A stretch of DNA of 64,000 nt from Treponemataceae bacterium (lineage in GTDB: Bacteria; Spirochaetota; Spirochaetia; Treponematales; Rectinemataceae): positions 1,024,001 to 1,088,000 of the forward strand of contig CAXXHO010000003.1 of assembly GCA_963667725.2 (NCBI GenBank), in the 5' to 3' direction. Numbering within the stretch: position 1 is the stretch's first letter; each line of letters starts with the position of its first letter. Under the pieces are notes generated by a model, which saw nothing but the letters and a program-made list of their open reading frames with translations, made no database searches and was not told where the DNA came from. The position numbers were made by a program, and so were the translations under genes. Below, in pieces: positions 1-9,518 of the stretch.

Positions 1-1
1 A

Positions 2-745
2 CACCATCTGCACGACGTTAACGGCGGTGCCCTTGAGGTCGGTGATTTTCTCGACGCGGCGGTAGGTTACGGACTTGTCCGCTTCCCATGAATTGAAGAC
101 GGCGTCGATGGCGCCCCAGAGCTGTTCCATCGGATCCTGGGGGAAATCATCTTTCTTGTTTTTCTTATAGAATGCCTTGAATTCCTCGCAGAGCTCCTTG
201 AGGTTGTCGGCGCTGAGTTCGGTGTCGTTCTTGAATCCGAGCTTGCTCTTCATCTCGCTGAGCATTTCTTCCATGGGCTCTTTGGAAAGTCCCATGGCTG
301 TGGTGGAATACATCTGGATGAAGCGGCGGTAGCTGTCGTAGGCGAAACGGGGATTTTTCGTGACGGCGGCGAGACCCTGGACGGATTCGTCGTTGAGGCC
401 GAGGTTGAGGATAGTCTCGAGCATGCCGGGCATGGAACGGGCCGCGCCCGAACGGACGGAGACAAGGAGGGGATCCTTGGAATCGCCGAGTTTCTTGCCG
501 GCCATTTTTTCCAGCTTTATGACGGCGGCTTTCACTTCATCGACGATCGCCTTCGGGAGTTTGCGTCCGGCCTTGAAATATTCCTCACAGGAGGGAATGC
601 TGATCGTAAAGCCGGCGGGAACGGGAAGACCGATCTTGGTCATCTCCATGAGTCCGGCGCCTTTGCCGCCGAGAATGTCTTTGCTCATTCCGGCGCCCTC
701 TGCGATACCGCTTCCAAACGCGTACACGAATTTCTTTTTAGCCAT
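2..745 (-). CDS. ppdK: Pyruvate phosphate dikinase, 5' part (runs off window start)
   Basis: Manual translation from ATG at 745: MAKKKFVYAFGSGIAEGAGMSKDILGGKGAGLMEMTKIGLPVPAGFTI...PLLVSVRSGARSMPGMLETILNLG; GGAGG RBS upstream. Absent from the ORF track because it has no stop in the window. Confidence 0.95.
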   Translation of the reverse strand, partial: MAKKKFVYAFGSGIAEGAGMSKDILGGKGAGLMEMTKIGLPVPAGFTISIPSCEEYFKAGRKLPKAIVDEVKAAVIKLEKMAGKKLGDSKDPLLVSVRSGAARSMPGMLETILNLGLNDESVQGLAAVTKNPRFAYDSYRRFIQMYSTTAMGLSKEPMEEMLSEMKSKLGFKNDTELSADNLKELCEEFKAFYKKNKKDDFPQDPMEQLWGAIDAVFNSWEADKSVTYRRVEKITDLKGTAVNVVQMV

Positions 746-935
746 TAGGCATGTCCTCCGAAAGGAAAATGAATCGCGAAGCAATGCTTCGCATGAAAAG
801 CGATTTGCTTTGTTCAAATCACACTGGAGTAAACTAATAGAAAGAATGCTCTATGTCAAGAAAGCGCGGATGGCGTTATGCGATCCAGCCCTTCGCCATT
901 GACTTAAACAGCTCCGTCGGGTACATGATATTTAC

Positions 936-2105
936 GTGAAGCATATATTTTTCCACGTCGACCTCGACGCTTTTTTCGCTTCGGTGGAGCAATGCGACCA
1001 TCCCGAATATAAGGGAAAACCGACGATAGTCGGCGCGGCGCCGGGACATCGGGGCGTCGTTTCGACCTGTTCCTACGAGGCCAGAGCGTTCGGCCTGCAT
1101 TCCGCCATGCCCATCTCCCAGGCCTTCAAGCTTTGTCCCCAAGGCATTTTTCTCCCGGTACGAATGCGACGATATTCGGAGGTTTCCCGACAAATAATGA
1201 AAATCCTGACGGGCTTCACGCCCGACACCATGCAGATTTCCATAGACGAAGCCATGCTCGACATGACGGGAACCCAACGTCTATGGGGCGAATCCGAGAG
1301 CGCGTCGGCGAGGATAAAGAAAAATATTTTCGATGAAACGGGGCTGACCGTTTCAATCGGCGTCAGCGCCAACCGATATGTGGCGAAAATCGCTTCGGGA
1401 ATCAGGAAACCCGATGGATTCGTCCTTGTTCCCGAGGGTTCCGAATCGGAGTTCATGAGCTCGCTCCCCCTGGAAAAATTATGGGGGGCCGGCGAGAAGA
1501 CCAGAAAATCCCTCAAGGATATCGGAATTACCTCGATTGCCGGACTTCAGAAAATTTCGCTTTCCATTCTGGAGTCGAAATTCGGAAAGGCCGGCGCGGC
1601 ATTTCTCTGCGCCGCGGCGAGGGGCGAGGATCCCGGAATTTTCTCGGGCGAGACAAAATCTTCATCGATGAGCGGCGAGCGCACGTTCGAGAGGGATACA
1701 ACGGACAGGGAAGCGGTGTGCGACGTACTGCGCATGCTCGCCGACGACCTGGCGGCCCGGATGTGCGTTGAAGGAACCTGGTCCTGCACGCTGGACCTCA
1801 AGCTCCGTTTCGGCGATTTCTCGTCGATCTCCCGGCAGTGCACGAAGGCCGAACCTTATTCCTCGGCCAACGAAATCTACGGCGACGCGATCATGCTTCT
1901 TGACAGGAATTGGGACGGAAAAAATCCCCTGCGTCTCGTAGGCGCGGGGCTGCACAGACTCCAGAAAGGCGCCTGTCTCCAAGGCCAGCTTTTTGAGCCC
2001 CAGGACGGCAAATCCGAGGAAGTGCGCAGGGTAGTGCAGGAAATAGGCAGGAAAGGCGCCGGCACACTTGTCCGGGCGAAATTCCTACCAGGAAAGCCTC
2101 ATTGA
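936..2105 (+). CDS. dinB: DNA polymerase IV (Y-family)
   Basis: HVDLDAFFASVEQ, SYEAR, SIDEA, KPDG motifs. Confidence 0.95.
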   Translation: MKHIFFHVDLDAFFASVEQCDHPEYKGKPTIVGAAPGHRGVVSTCSYEARAFGLHSAMPISQAFKLCPQGIFLPVRMRRYSEVSRQIMKILTGFTPDTMQISIDEAMLDMTGTQRLWGESESASARIKKNIFDETGLTVSIGVSANRYVAKIASGIRKPDGFVLVPEGSESEFMSSLPLEKLWGAGEKTRKSLKDIGITSIAGLQKISLSILESKFGKAGAAFLCAAARGEDPGIFSGETKSSSMSGERTFERDTTDREAVCDVLRMLADDLAARMCVEGTWSCTLDLKLRFGDFSSISRQCTKAEPYSSANEIYGDAIMLLDRNWDGKNPLRLVGAGLHRLQKGACLQGQLFEPQDGKSEEVRRVVQEIGRKGAGTLVRAKFLPGKPH

Positions 2106-2717
2106 CGGGGGAATTTCGCTCGCGACGATGTCTTTCATCTGCCCTTCGAAGATCGCCGTATTGCCTTCCTGCCGCACCGCTACGGCCGGATGCTGGGATG
2201 CCGTTTCCTTGATGGGGGAGGGGAGTTCGACGGCGAATTTGAAGGTATAGGAGGCAAAGGCTTCCTGGGCGATCTGCTTCATGTCGGCATCGAAGGTAGG
2301 AAGGCTCTCCCCCACGGTGAAGACGATATGGTGTCCTCCCGAGTCCTGACTGTGCTTCGCCAGCTCTCCCTTTGGATCCAGATATCGCATGAAGGCGTCC
2401 AGGCTGTCGAAGGATATCACGGTCTTTATGAGGAGGTCCGTGCCATCCTTCCTGCTAGACCAGGCATCCAGCGCCAATCCCTTCACGCCCCTGAGGCTGT
2501 TCTCTACATCGGCCCTCGTCAGCGGGACGGGAAGCATGGCCTTGTTGGCCTCCAGTTCCCCGAAAGAAACAAGTTCCTCGGAAAGCCTGTATTCGGCCGA
2601 AACTTTTCCCGAACCATTCTCCGAAATCTTTACCTTCGTATCGATGCCAACGCAGGAAGTCATCAGAATCATCATGGCGAGGCAGCCAAGGACGGCCCTG
2701 CAGTTTTTGGAAATCAT
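2085..2717 (-). CDS. Hypothetical lipoprotein
   Basis: Start reassigned to ATG 2717 (MISKN...) after an AAAGGGG RBS; hydrophobic stretch ending MTSC (spirochaetal lipobox). Confidence 0.7.
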   Translation of the reverse strand: MISKNCRAVLGCLAMMILMTSCVGIDTKVKISENGSGKVSAEYRLSEELVSFGELEANKAMLPVPLTRADVENSLRGVKGLALDAWSSRKDGTDLLIKTVISFDSLDAFMRYLDPKGELAKHSQDSGGHHIVFTVGESLPTFDADMKQIAQEAFASYTFKFAVELPSPIKETASQHPAVAVRQEGNTAIFEGQMKDIVASEIPPSMRLSW

Positions 2718-2736
2718 CGTGTCCCCTTTCATATTG

Positions 2737-3027
2737 TCAGTCATATACCTCGGAATGAATTTGCGCTTCATAGATGTTCACGGGAAAACCGTCCTCCACG
2801 AACCTCACCGCCTCGTTGAGAACCTTCTCCCCGAAGGTCTGGGAGTTGGAGACGATGGCCGCGCCGATTTCGGCGAAGCCGAGCGAATCCTGGAGATCGA
2901 CTTCAGCGCAGGAAAGCCGGAACTTCCTCTGCATCCTGCTTTTCATTCCGGAAATCACCTTGCGCTTGTCTTTGATGCTCGTGGTTTCCGGCAGCTCCAC
3001 GATAAGCAGAAGCATGGATACGACCAT
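2737..3027 (-). CDS. DUF503 family protein
   Basis: 96 aa, SIKDKRKVI...SCAEVDLQD...IGAAIVSN pattern. Confidence 0.85.
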   Translation of the reverse strand: MVVSMLLLIVELPETTSIKDKRKVISGMKSRMQRKFRLSCAEVDLQDSLGFAEIGAAIVSNSQTFGEKVLNEAVRFVEDGFPVNIYEAQIHSEVYD

Positions 3028-3058
3028 ATCGGAATAATAGTATCACGCACCCGCATTC

Positions 3059-3087
3059 TTGACACCCCCTTATGGCGTGGATATTGT
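3059..3087 (+). promoter_or_regulatory. Sigma70-type promoter of metG, probably leaderless
   Basis: TTGACA(3059)-17 bp-TATTGT(3082), 8 nt before ATG, no SD. Confidence 0.6.
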
Positions 3088-3095
3088 GCTGAGTT

Positions 3096-5468
3096 ATGAA
3101 ACGCAGACTAATCACTTCGGCGCTGCCCTATGTGAACAATGTCCCCCATCTGGGGAACCTCATACAAGTACTTTCGGCCGACGTGTTCGCCAGATTCTGC
3201 CGCCTGAGGGGCTACGATACCCTTTATATCTGCGGAACCGACGAATACGGCACGGCCACCGAGACGAAGGCTCAGGAAGAAGGCATTACTCCCCGCGAGC
3301 TCTGCGACAGATTCCACGCCCTCCATCGCGACATCTATTCGTGGTTCGGCATCTCCTTCGACAAGTTCGGGCGCACATCGGCGCCCGAGCAGACCGCCAT
3401 AACGCAATCGATCTTCCTCGATCTCGAAAAGAACGGCTACATAAAAAGCCAGACCATAGAGCAGCTGTACTGCGATTCCTGCGGCAGGTTCCTGGCCGAC
3501 CGCTACGTCAAGGGAACCTGTCCCTCCTGCGGCTACGACGGCGCCCGGGGCGACCAGTGCGAGCACTGCGGCAAGCTTCTCGAGCCGACAGAGCTCGTCA
3601 ATCCCAAGTGTTCCAGCTGCGGCGCCACGCCCCATCTCAAGGCCACGACCCATCTCTACATCGACCTGCCGGCCATTAAGCCCAAGCTCGAGCCCTGGAT
3701 CAGGGAAGCGAGCGAGAAGGGATTCTGGTCCAACAACGCCATCCAGATGACACAAGCCTGGCTTAGGGACGGCCTCAAGGCCCGCGCCATCACCCGGGAC
3801 CTGAAATGGGGCATTCCCGTTCCCCTGAAAGGCTACGAAGACAAGGTCTTCTACGTCTGGTTCGACGCCCCCATCGGCTACATTTCGATGACGGCTGGGC
3901 TAGCGGCCGAAAAAGGCTTCGACTGGAAATCCTGGTGGCAGAATCCCGAGAACGTCGACCTGTTCCAGTTCATCGGAAAGGACAACATCCCCTTCCATAC
4001 GGTCATCTTCCCCTCCAGCCTCCTGGGCTCAGGACGGGACTGGACGATGCTTCACCACATGTCATCGAGCGAGTACCTGAACTATGAATCCGGCAAGTTC
4101 TCTAAGTCCAAGGGAATCGGCGTTTTCGGCACCGACGTCATGGAGACCGGCATCCCGGCCGACGTGTGGCGCTTCTATATTTTCTGGAACAGACCCGAGA
4201 CTTCGGACTACACCTTCACCTGGTCTGACTTCCTGGAAAAAGTGAACGGCGAACTCATCGGCAACCTCGGCAACCTGGCCAACCGAACCCTGACCTTCGT
4301 CTCGCGCTACTACGAGGGAGCGATCCCCGCCGGCAGACCCGACGCGGAGTTCTGGGAAAGGGCGAGGGAAATCGAGGCGAGAATCACCGCTTCCCTGGAG
4401 AGGGCTGACCTGCGCGAAGCCTTCCGCGCCATCTTCGAGCTGTCAGATATCGCGAACAAGCGTTTCCAGGACGGCGCGCCGTGGAAGACCAGGATTTCCG
4501 ACCCGGAGGCGGCGGCCTCCCTCGTGTCGGACCTCTGCTACATCCTCAGGGACATCGCCCTGCTCACCGAGCCCTACATGCCCCACGCCGCAGAAAAGCT
4601 CGCGGCGATGCTTGGGCAGAAACTGGGCCAAGGCGGCCTCGACTGGTCCGTCCTCGGCAGGACGGAGGGGCTTTCGGAAGTGAAGACTCCCGAGGTGCTT
4701 TTCGCCAAGCTGGATGAAAAATATATCGCGACCCTGCGCGAGCGCTATTCGGGCTCGCAGAAGGAAAGAGCCGACAGGGATCTGGCGGCTGGCGACGTAA
4801 AGGCGCCAGCGGGCGACGCGAAGGCGCCGGTCTCTGCCTCTGCCTCTGCCGTGAAAGCCCCGGCTCCCGACGCCAAGCCCGCGTCCGCGGCCAGCGCGCC
4901 TACGGCAAACGCTCTCGCCGCCAAGGAAGCACCGGCTCCCAAGCCTATCCCCTACGCGGATTTGCCCGTAGAGCAGCGCTTTCTCAAGCTCGTTGCCCTC
5001 AAAGTGGCGAAAATCGTCAAGATAGAACGCCATCCCAAGGCGGACAAGCTCTATATAGAAACCCTCGACGACGGCTCTGGCGTCGAACGCGTGATCGTGT
5101 CCGGCCTCGTGCCTTTCTATAAAGAAGAGGAGCTCCTCGGCAAGCACATCATCCTCGTCGACAACCTGAAGCCCGCGAAGCTGCGAGGCGTGGAGTCGAA
5201 GGGAATGCTTCTCGCTGCATCGCTTTCCGGCCCGGACGGAAAGGAAGCGGTGGAGGTGTTGAGCGCTCCCTGGGCCGCGCCGGGAACGCCTGTCTCGCTT
5301 GAAGGGATGAAAGCCGAAGGCCCCGCCGATGCTCAGATCGACGTGGACAGCTTCTTCTCCGTGCCGCTGGCGGCCAAGCTCGGTTATGCCCAGGCAGGTT
5401 CCGCCCGGCTCAGCGTCGACGGCAATCCGCTCAAGCTCCAGACCGTGCTCGACGGCGAGATCGGTTGA
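3096..5468 (+). CDS. metG: Methionine--tRNA ligase with C-terminal tRNA-binding domain
   Basis: ALPYVNNVPHLGN (HIGH), Zn knuckle, KFSKS, C-terminal OB domain (HPKADKL...NLKPAKLRGVESKGM). Confidence 0.98.
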   Translation: MKRRLITSALPYVNNVPHLGNLIQVLSADVFARFCRLRGYDTLYICGTDEYGTATETKAQEEGITPRELCDRFHALHRDIYSWFGISFDKFGRTSAPEQTAITQSIFLDLEKNGYIKSQTIEQLYCDSCGRFLADRYVKGTCPSCGYDGARGDQCEHCGKLLEPTELVNPKCSSCGATPHLKATTHLYIDLPAIKPKLEPWIREASEKGFWSNNAIQMTQAWLRDGLKARAITRDLKWGIPVPLKGYEDKVFYVWFDAPIGYISMTAGLAAEKGFDWKSWWQNPENVDLFQFIGKDNIPFHTVIFPSSLLGSGRDWTMLHHMSSSEYLNYESGKFSKSKGIGVFGTDVMETGIPADVWRFYIFWNRPETSDYTFTWSDFLEKVNGELIGNLGNLANRTLTFVSRYYEGAIPAGRPDAEFWERAREIEARITASLERADLREAFRAIFELSDIANKRFQDGAPWKTRISDPEAAASLVSDLCYILRDIALLTEPYMPHAAEKLAAMLGQKLGQGGLDWSVLGRTEGLSEVKTPEVLFAKLDEKYIATLRERYSGSQKERADRDLAAGDVKAPAGDAKAPVSASASAVKAPAPDAKPASAASAPTANALAAKEAPAPKPIPYADLPVEQRFLKLVALKVAKIVKIERHPKADKLYIETLDDGSGVERVIVSGLVPFYKEEELLGKHIILVDNLKPAKLRGVESKGMLLAASLSGPDGKEAVEVLSAPWAAPGTPVSLEGMKAEGPADAQIDVDSFFSVPLAAKLGYAQAGSARLSVDGNPLKLQTVLDGEIG

Positions 5469-6625
5469 TTTTGGAAGAAAAAACCTTGCCTGAGGCAGAT
5501 GGCGACAGCGGCGATAGCGGCGACGAGACCTCCGCGAGCCCGAACCCGTGCCCCAGCCTGAGCCGGAGTTTCATGCAGACCACCTTCTGGGCCCGTTTCA
5601 AGGAAAGGACGGGCTGGAAGGTCTATATTTTCCCGAGCGGTCCAACCGAAGGGAATCGCGCGGCCGCAGCGGAAAGAAAAGGCGAGGGCGATATCGTAGT
5701 TCTTGTCCGCCCGCTGAGGCTTGGATTCAGCTTTGCCTATGTTCCTCACGCTCCGGCTCTGACTCCCGAGATTACCGATCCTTCCGCTTATCTCGAATCC
5801 CTTGCCGCGACGATAGCGGCCGCCATAAAGGAAAAGATACTCTTTCTGCGTTTCGACCTCGCTTGGGATCGAGAAGGCGCCGCGGGCAGGCTCCTTCTCG
5901 AGGCTGTAGGGAAGGGCGAGGGGAGACTGAGGCGAGGTACGGCTGTCCAGGTGCCTGACACCGTCCTTCTCGACCTGAGAAGACCGGAGGAAGAAATCCT
6001 TTCCGGGATGAAGCCGAAATGGCGCTACAACATCAAGCTGTCGGAAAAGAAGGGCGTGGAGATAAGCAGGGAAGGCGCCGCGGCGCTGGACGTCTTCTAT
6101 ACGCTCTATCTGGAAACGGCGAAGCGGGACGGCATAGCCATCCACCCGCTGGCTTACTATGAAAACCTTTTCGTCACCGCCCGGGACGTTGAAAAATCGT
6201 CGGATTCGCTTTCTCCCAAGCTATCGATTTGGGTGGCGCGACATGAGGGAGAGGCGCTGGCCTCTATCATCACCCTCTTCCAGGGCGAACACGCGACCTA
6301 TCTGTACGGCGCTTCCTCGGGCGAAAAGCGTAACCTGATGCCCGCTTACGGTCTCCAGTGGAAGGCCATCCAGGCCGCCAAAGCGGAAGGCTGTGTCGAC
6401 TACGATTTTTTCGGGATTCCTCCCGACGAAGATCCCCGCCATCCGATGGCGGGACTCTATTTCTTCAAGACAGGGTTCGGCGGAAAGATCGTGCACCGGG
6501 TCGGATGCGTGGATTACCCCGTGCTGCCCCTTGGATACGACCTCTTCAGAAAAGCGGAAACCTTGCGTCTCTTCTGGTTCAAGAAGATCAAGAAAATGCT
6601 CAAGGGATCAGCCAGAAGGCCCTGA
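5465..6625 (+). CDS. FemAB/FemX-family lipid II aminoacyl (glycyl) transferase
   Basis: FMQTTFWARFK, KWRYNIK, YLYGASS, YDFFGI, FKTGFGG motifs. Confidence 0.85.
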   Translation: MILEEKTLPEADGDSGDSGDETSASPNPCPSLSRSFMQTTFWARFKERTGWKVYIFPSGPTEGNRAAAAERKGEGDIVVLVRPLRLGFSFAYVPHAPALTPEITDPSAYLESLAATIAAAIKEKILFLRFDLAWDREGAAGRLLLEAVGKGEGRLRRGTAVQVPDTVLLDLRRPEEEILSGMKPKWRYNIKLSEKKGVEISREGAAALDVFYTLYLETAKRDGIAIHPLAYYENLFVTARDVEKSSDSLSPKLSIWVARHEGEALASIITLFQGEHATYLYGASSGEKRNLMPAYGLQWKAIQAAKAEGCVDYDFFGIPPDEDPRHPMAGLYFFKTGFGGKIVHRVGCVDYPVLPLGYDLFRKAETLRLFWFKKIKKMLKGSARRP

Positions 6626-7219
6626 AATCTCCGGATCGCTTTCGCCGAACACGATTCCCTCGAAGATGAAAAGCTGCGTATCCGCTTCCTGCCAGGCCCC
6701 GGGGGGAAGCCCCGCCTTGAGGCATACATGGTTCAGGAATTCCAGGCGATTCCATCCATTTTCCGTGGCGACTTGCGGAAGAAGGACTCCCGACCTTCCT
6801 CTCGCGATGATATAGATTCCATGGTCTCCCACGATGATTTCTTCGGCGCTGGCGATTTTTCGCGGAATGCCCAATACGGTGATCTCTATCGTGATGTCGG
6901 CGATTTCCGCGCGGCTGACCGGGTCGAAGCGGGGATCCTCAAAGGCGGCGGCCAGGGCCATCTCGCTTATGGTCTCGTCGAGCGGCAATTCGCTTCGCAT
7001 GCGGCCGATACAGCCGCGGAGCTGTCCGTTTTCATGCAGCGTCACGAAGGCTCCCGCGGACCCAGCGGCTCCAGTTGACCCAGCGGCTCCCGTGCGCCGA
7101 CGGAGGTCTTTCCCTGAGGCGGGCATCGCCTGAGCCCTATGAAACAGGCGCGCTTCGATGCTCTCCCTGGCGATGGCGCATAACGCGCGCTTCTCATCGA
7201 GCGATAAGGCTAGATCCAT
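6608..7219 (-). CDS. amrA: AmmeMemoRadiSam system protein A (AMMECR1 domain)
   Basis: GAFVT...LRGCIG, AAFEDPRF, GVLLPQVA motifs. Confidence 0.9.
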   Translation of the reverse strand: MDLALSLDEKRALCAIARESIEARLFHRAQAMPASGKDLRRRTGAAGSTGAAGSAGAFVTLHENGQLRGCIGRMRSELPLDETISEMALAAAFEDPRFDPVSRAEIADITIEITVLGIPRKIASAEEIIVGDHGIYIIARGRSGVLLPQVATENGWNRLEFLNHVCLKAGLPPGAWQEADTQLFIFEGIVFGESDPEISGPSG

Positions 7220-7221
7220 GG

Positions 7222-8076
7222 CTACATCCTCGCAAAGCCCATTGCCGCGTAGCCGACGATAGGTTCGCCCGCTTCGGCGAGAACTGCCGAGCTGTTCAGT
7301 CCGTAGAGGAGCGGCCTGGTTCCCGATGAAAGCGCCGAACGCATATATCCGGCTATTATCCTGCCTCCGCAGAAAGAAGGAGCCGAATCGCAGAAGGCGC
7401 GCAACTCATCCATCGCCCTTTTTTCGATGGATTCCACGATGGCGCCGCTCTGCCTGAGACAGGCCTCCGCGTCCTCGTCGACGGCCAGATTGGTGGTGAG
7501 CACGAAAAGGGTAGATTCCAGACGTCCGCCCAGTATGAATCGCAGATTGGAGAAAAGCCCATCGAGCGTCTGGTCGTCGGCGCCGGAGACGATGATGGGC
7601 AGGATAAGGGCCTTGGGAAAACAATGCGCGGCGAAGATAAGCTGCATTTCGATCGAGTGTTCCTCGAAATGGGGAATATCGCTGAGGCTGAGGCTTGTGC
7701 TACAATGGAGCAGTTGCCTGACCGCGATCCTGTCGACCTTAAAAGTACAGGTGGGAACGGAGAAATCATGCGCTTCCGGCATGAAGATGCCCGGCTCGAA
7801 GCTTCGATGCGAAGGACTCACGATAACGATAGTCTCGATATCGCCGCCCGCGGCCGCCTTCCATGCTCTTGCGGCCATAGCGCCGGAATAATCGATGCTC
7901 CCGTGGGGGCTGACGATAGCGGCGCAGCGATCTGTCTGGGGAGACGCTTCGTTCAGCAGGGTGCCTATTTTCTGCGCAAGTTCCTGTGGAGATGCGGGGT
8001 AGAAGAGGCCGGATACGACGGCAGTGCGCGTGAACCGCGATGTATCCCTTCGGGAGGCATCGGTTTTATTTTTCAT
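7222..8076 (-). CDS. amrB: AmmeMemoRadiSam system protein B (MEMO1 family)
   Basis: GLFYP, SPH..YSG, SPSH, EHSIEMQL, VGYAA. Confidence 0.85.
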   Translation of the reverse strand: MKNKTDASRRDTSRFTRTAVVSGLFYPASPQELAQKIGTLLNEASPQTDRCAAIVSPHGSIDYSGAMAARAWKAAAGGDIETIVIVSPSHRSFEPGIFMPEAHDFSVPTCTFKVDRIAVRQLLHCSTSLSLSDIPHFEEHSIEMQLIFAAHCFPKALILPIIVSGADDQTLDGLFSNLRFILGGRLESTLFVLTTNLAVDEDAEACLRQSGAIVESIEKRAMDELRAFCDSAPSFCGGRIIAGYMRSALSSGTRPLLYGLNSSAVLAEAGEPIVGYAAMGFARM

Positions 8077-8141
8077 ATCTTTGAGTATAAGCGCAGATTC
8101 ATTAAATTCAATGCGATTGAGGGAAAAAACGGAGTAATGCG

Positions 8142-9518
8142 GTGATGCGAATTCTTATCGTGGACGATGAAAAACAGCTTGCCTTTTCGCTAAAGGATTA
8201 TTTTGGACCGGATGGAATCGAAGCCGACATCGCGTTGGACGGCAAGACAGGGCGGCAGAAACTCGAGGAGCAGGCGTATGACGCCCTCGTCTCCGATCTG
8301 AGGATGCCCGGACTTGACGGCATGCAGCTGCTTCATTGGGTGAAGGAAGAAGGACCGAACATTCCCGTCATCATGATATCGGCCCATGGGGAAATCCGGG
8401 ACGCCGTCGAGGCGATGAAGACCGGCGCCTATGACTATCTCGTCAAGCCTTTCGACCCTGACGAGCTTCTCATACGCATAAAGAAAGCGGTGGAGAATCA
8501 TCGCCTCACGCTCTCGCTCCGGGCGGGAAAGAGCGGGAAAAAGGCCACGGGAGAGATGATCGGCGAGAGCCAGAAGATGAAGGAGATCGTAAGGATCCTG
8601 GGTAAGGCGGCTCCTTCTGGCGCGACGATTCTCCTCACGGGGGAGAGCGGAACCGGCAAGGAAGTGGCCGCCCGTCTCGTCCACAACCTTTCCAAACGCG
8701 AAGGACCTTTCGTTCCCATCAATATGGGCGCTTTTCCCGAGCACCTTCTGGAGAGCGAGCTTTTCGGCTATGAAAAAGGCGCCTTTACCGGCGCGGATTC
8801 CCGGAAACAGGGTCTCTTTGAAAGCGCCCAGGGCGGAACCCTCTTTCTCGACGAGATCGCCGAATTGCCCCTCCACCTGCAGGTGAAGCTGCTCCGCGTC
8901 CTGCAGGAACGCAAGGTACAGCGGCTGGGCTCGCTTAAGGGCACGCCCATCGAGGTACGGGTCGTGGCCGCCACGAATCGCGATCTCGAAAAGGAAGTCA
9001 AGGAAGGTCGTTTCAGGGAGGATCTTTATTATCGCATCAACGTGATCAGGGTGAGGCTGCCTCCGCTGCGGGAACGTCGGGAAGATATTCCCCTGCTCGC
9101 GGGAGCCTTCCTATCGCGCTTTTCGTCTGACATGGGAAGAAAGGTGGAAGGCATCGGGAGCGAGGCCATGGATTTTCTCATTCGCTACGATTTTCCCGGA
9201 AACATCCGCGAACTGGAGAACGCGATCGAGCGAGCCTGCATCCTCACCGAATCCGACCTGCTTCAGTCCCGCGATTTCGAGTTCATAGCGCCCAGGGAAG
9301 CGAGACCCGGTCTTCGGGGCGAAGGCGCTGAAATGGCTGCCGAGGCGATGGGCGGCATTGGCGCGGCGAGGACCCTCGAGGCGATGGAAAAGCAGGCCAT
9401 TATTGAGGCATTGAGCCGCAACGCGAACCATAGGGAGAAGACGGCGGCCGAGTTGGGGATTACGAGGCGCACCTTACTCAACAAGATTAAAGAATACGAC
9501 CTGGACAAAGGAAACTGA
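8142..9518 (+). CDS. Sigma54-dependent response regulator (NtrC/AtoC/ZraR family)
   Basis: Receiver domain, GESGTGKE, GAFTGA, C-terminal Fis HTH. Confidence 0.95.
   Translation: MMRILIVDDEKQLAFSLKDYFGPDGIEADIALDGKTGRQKLEEQAYDALVSDLRMPGLDGMQLLHWVKEEGPNIPVIMISAHGEIRDAVEAMKTGAYDYLVKPFDPDELLIRIKKAVENHRLTLSLRAGKSGKKATGEMIGESQKMKEIVRILGKAAPSGATILLTGESGTGKEVAARLVHNLSKREGPFVPINMGAFPEHLLESELFGYEKGAFTGADSRKQGLFESAQGGTLFLDEIAELPLHLQVKLLRVLQERKVQRLGSLKGTPIEVRVVAATNRDLEKEVKEGRFREDLYYRINVIRVRLPPLRERREDIPLLAGAFLSRFSSDMGRKVEGIGSEAMDFLIRYDFPGNIRELENAIERACILTESDLLQSRDFEFIAPREARPGLRGEGAEMAAEAMGGIGAARTLEAMEKQAIIEALSRNANHREKTAAELGITRRTLLNKIKEYDLDKGN

Noticed and set aside
5465..6625. FemX in a diderm as a novelty
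   Set aside because: Spirochaete peptidoglycan is known to carry glycine on ornithine, so the gene is expected
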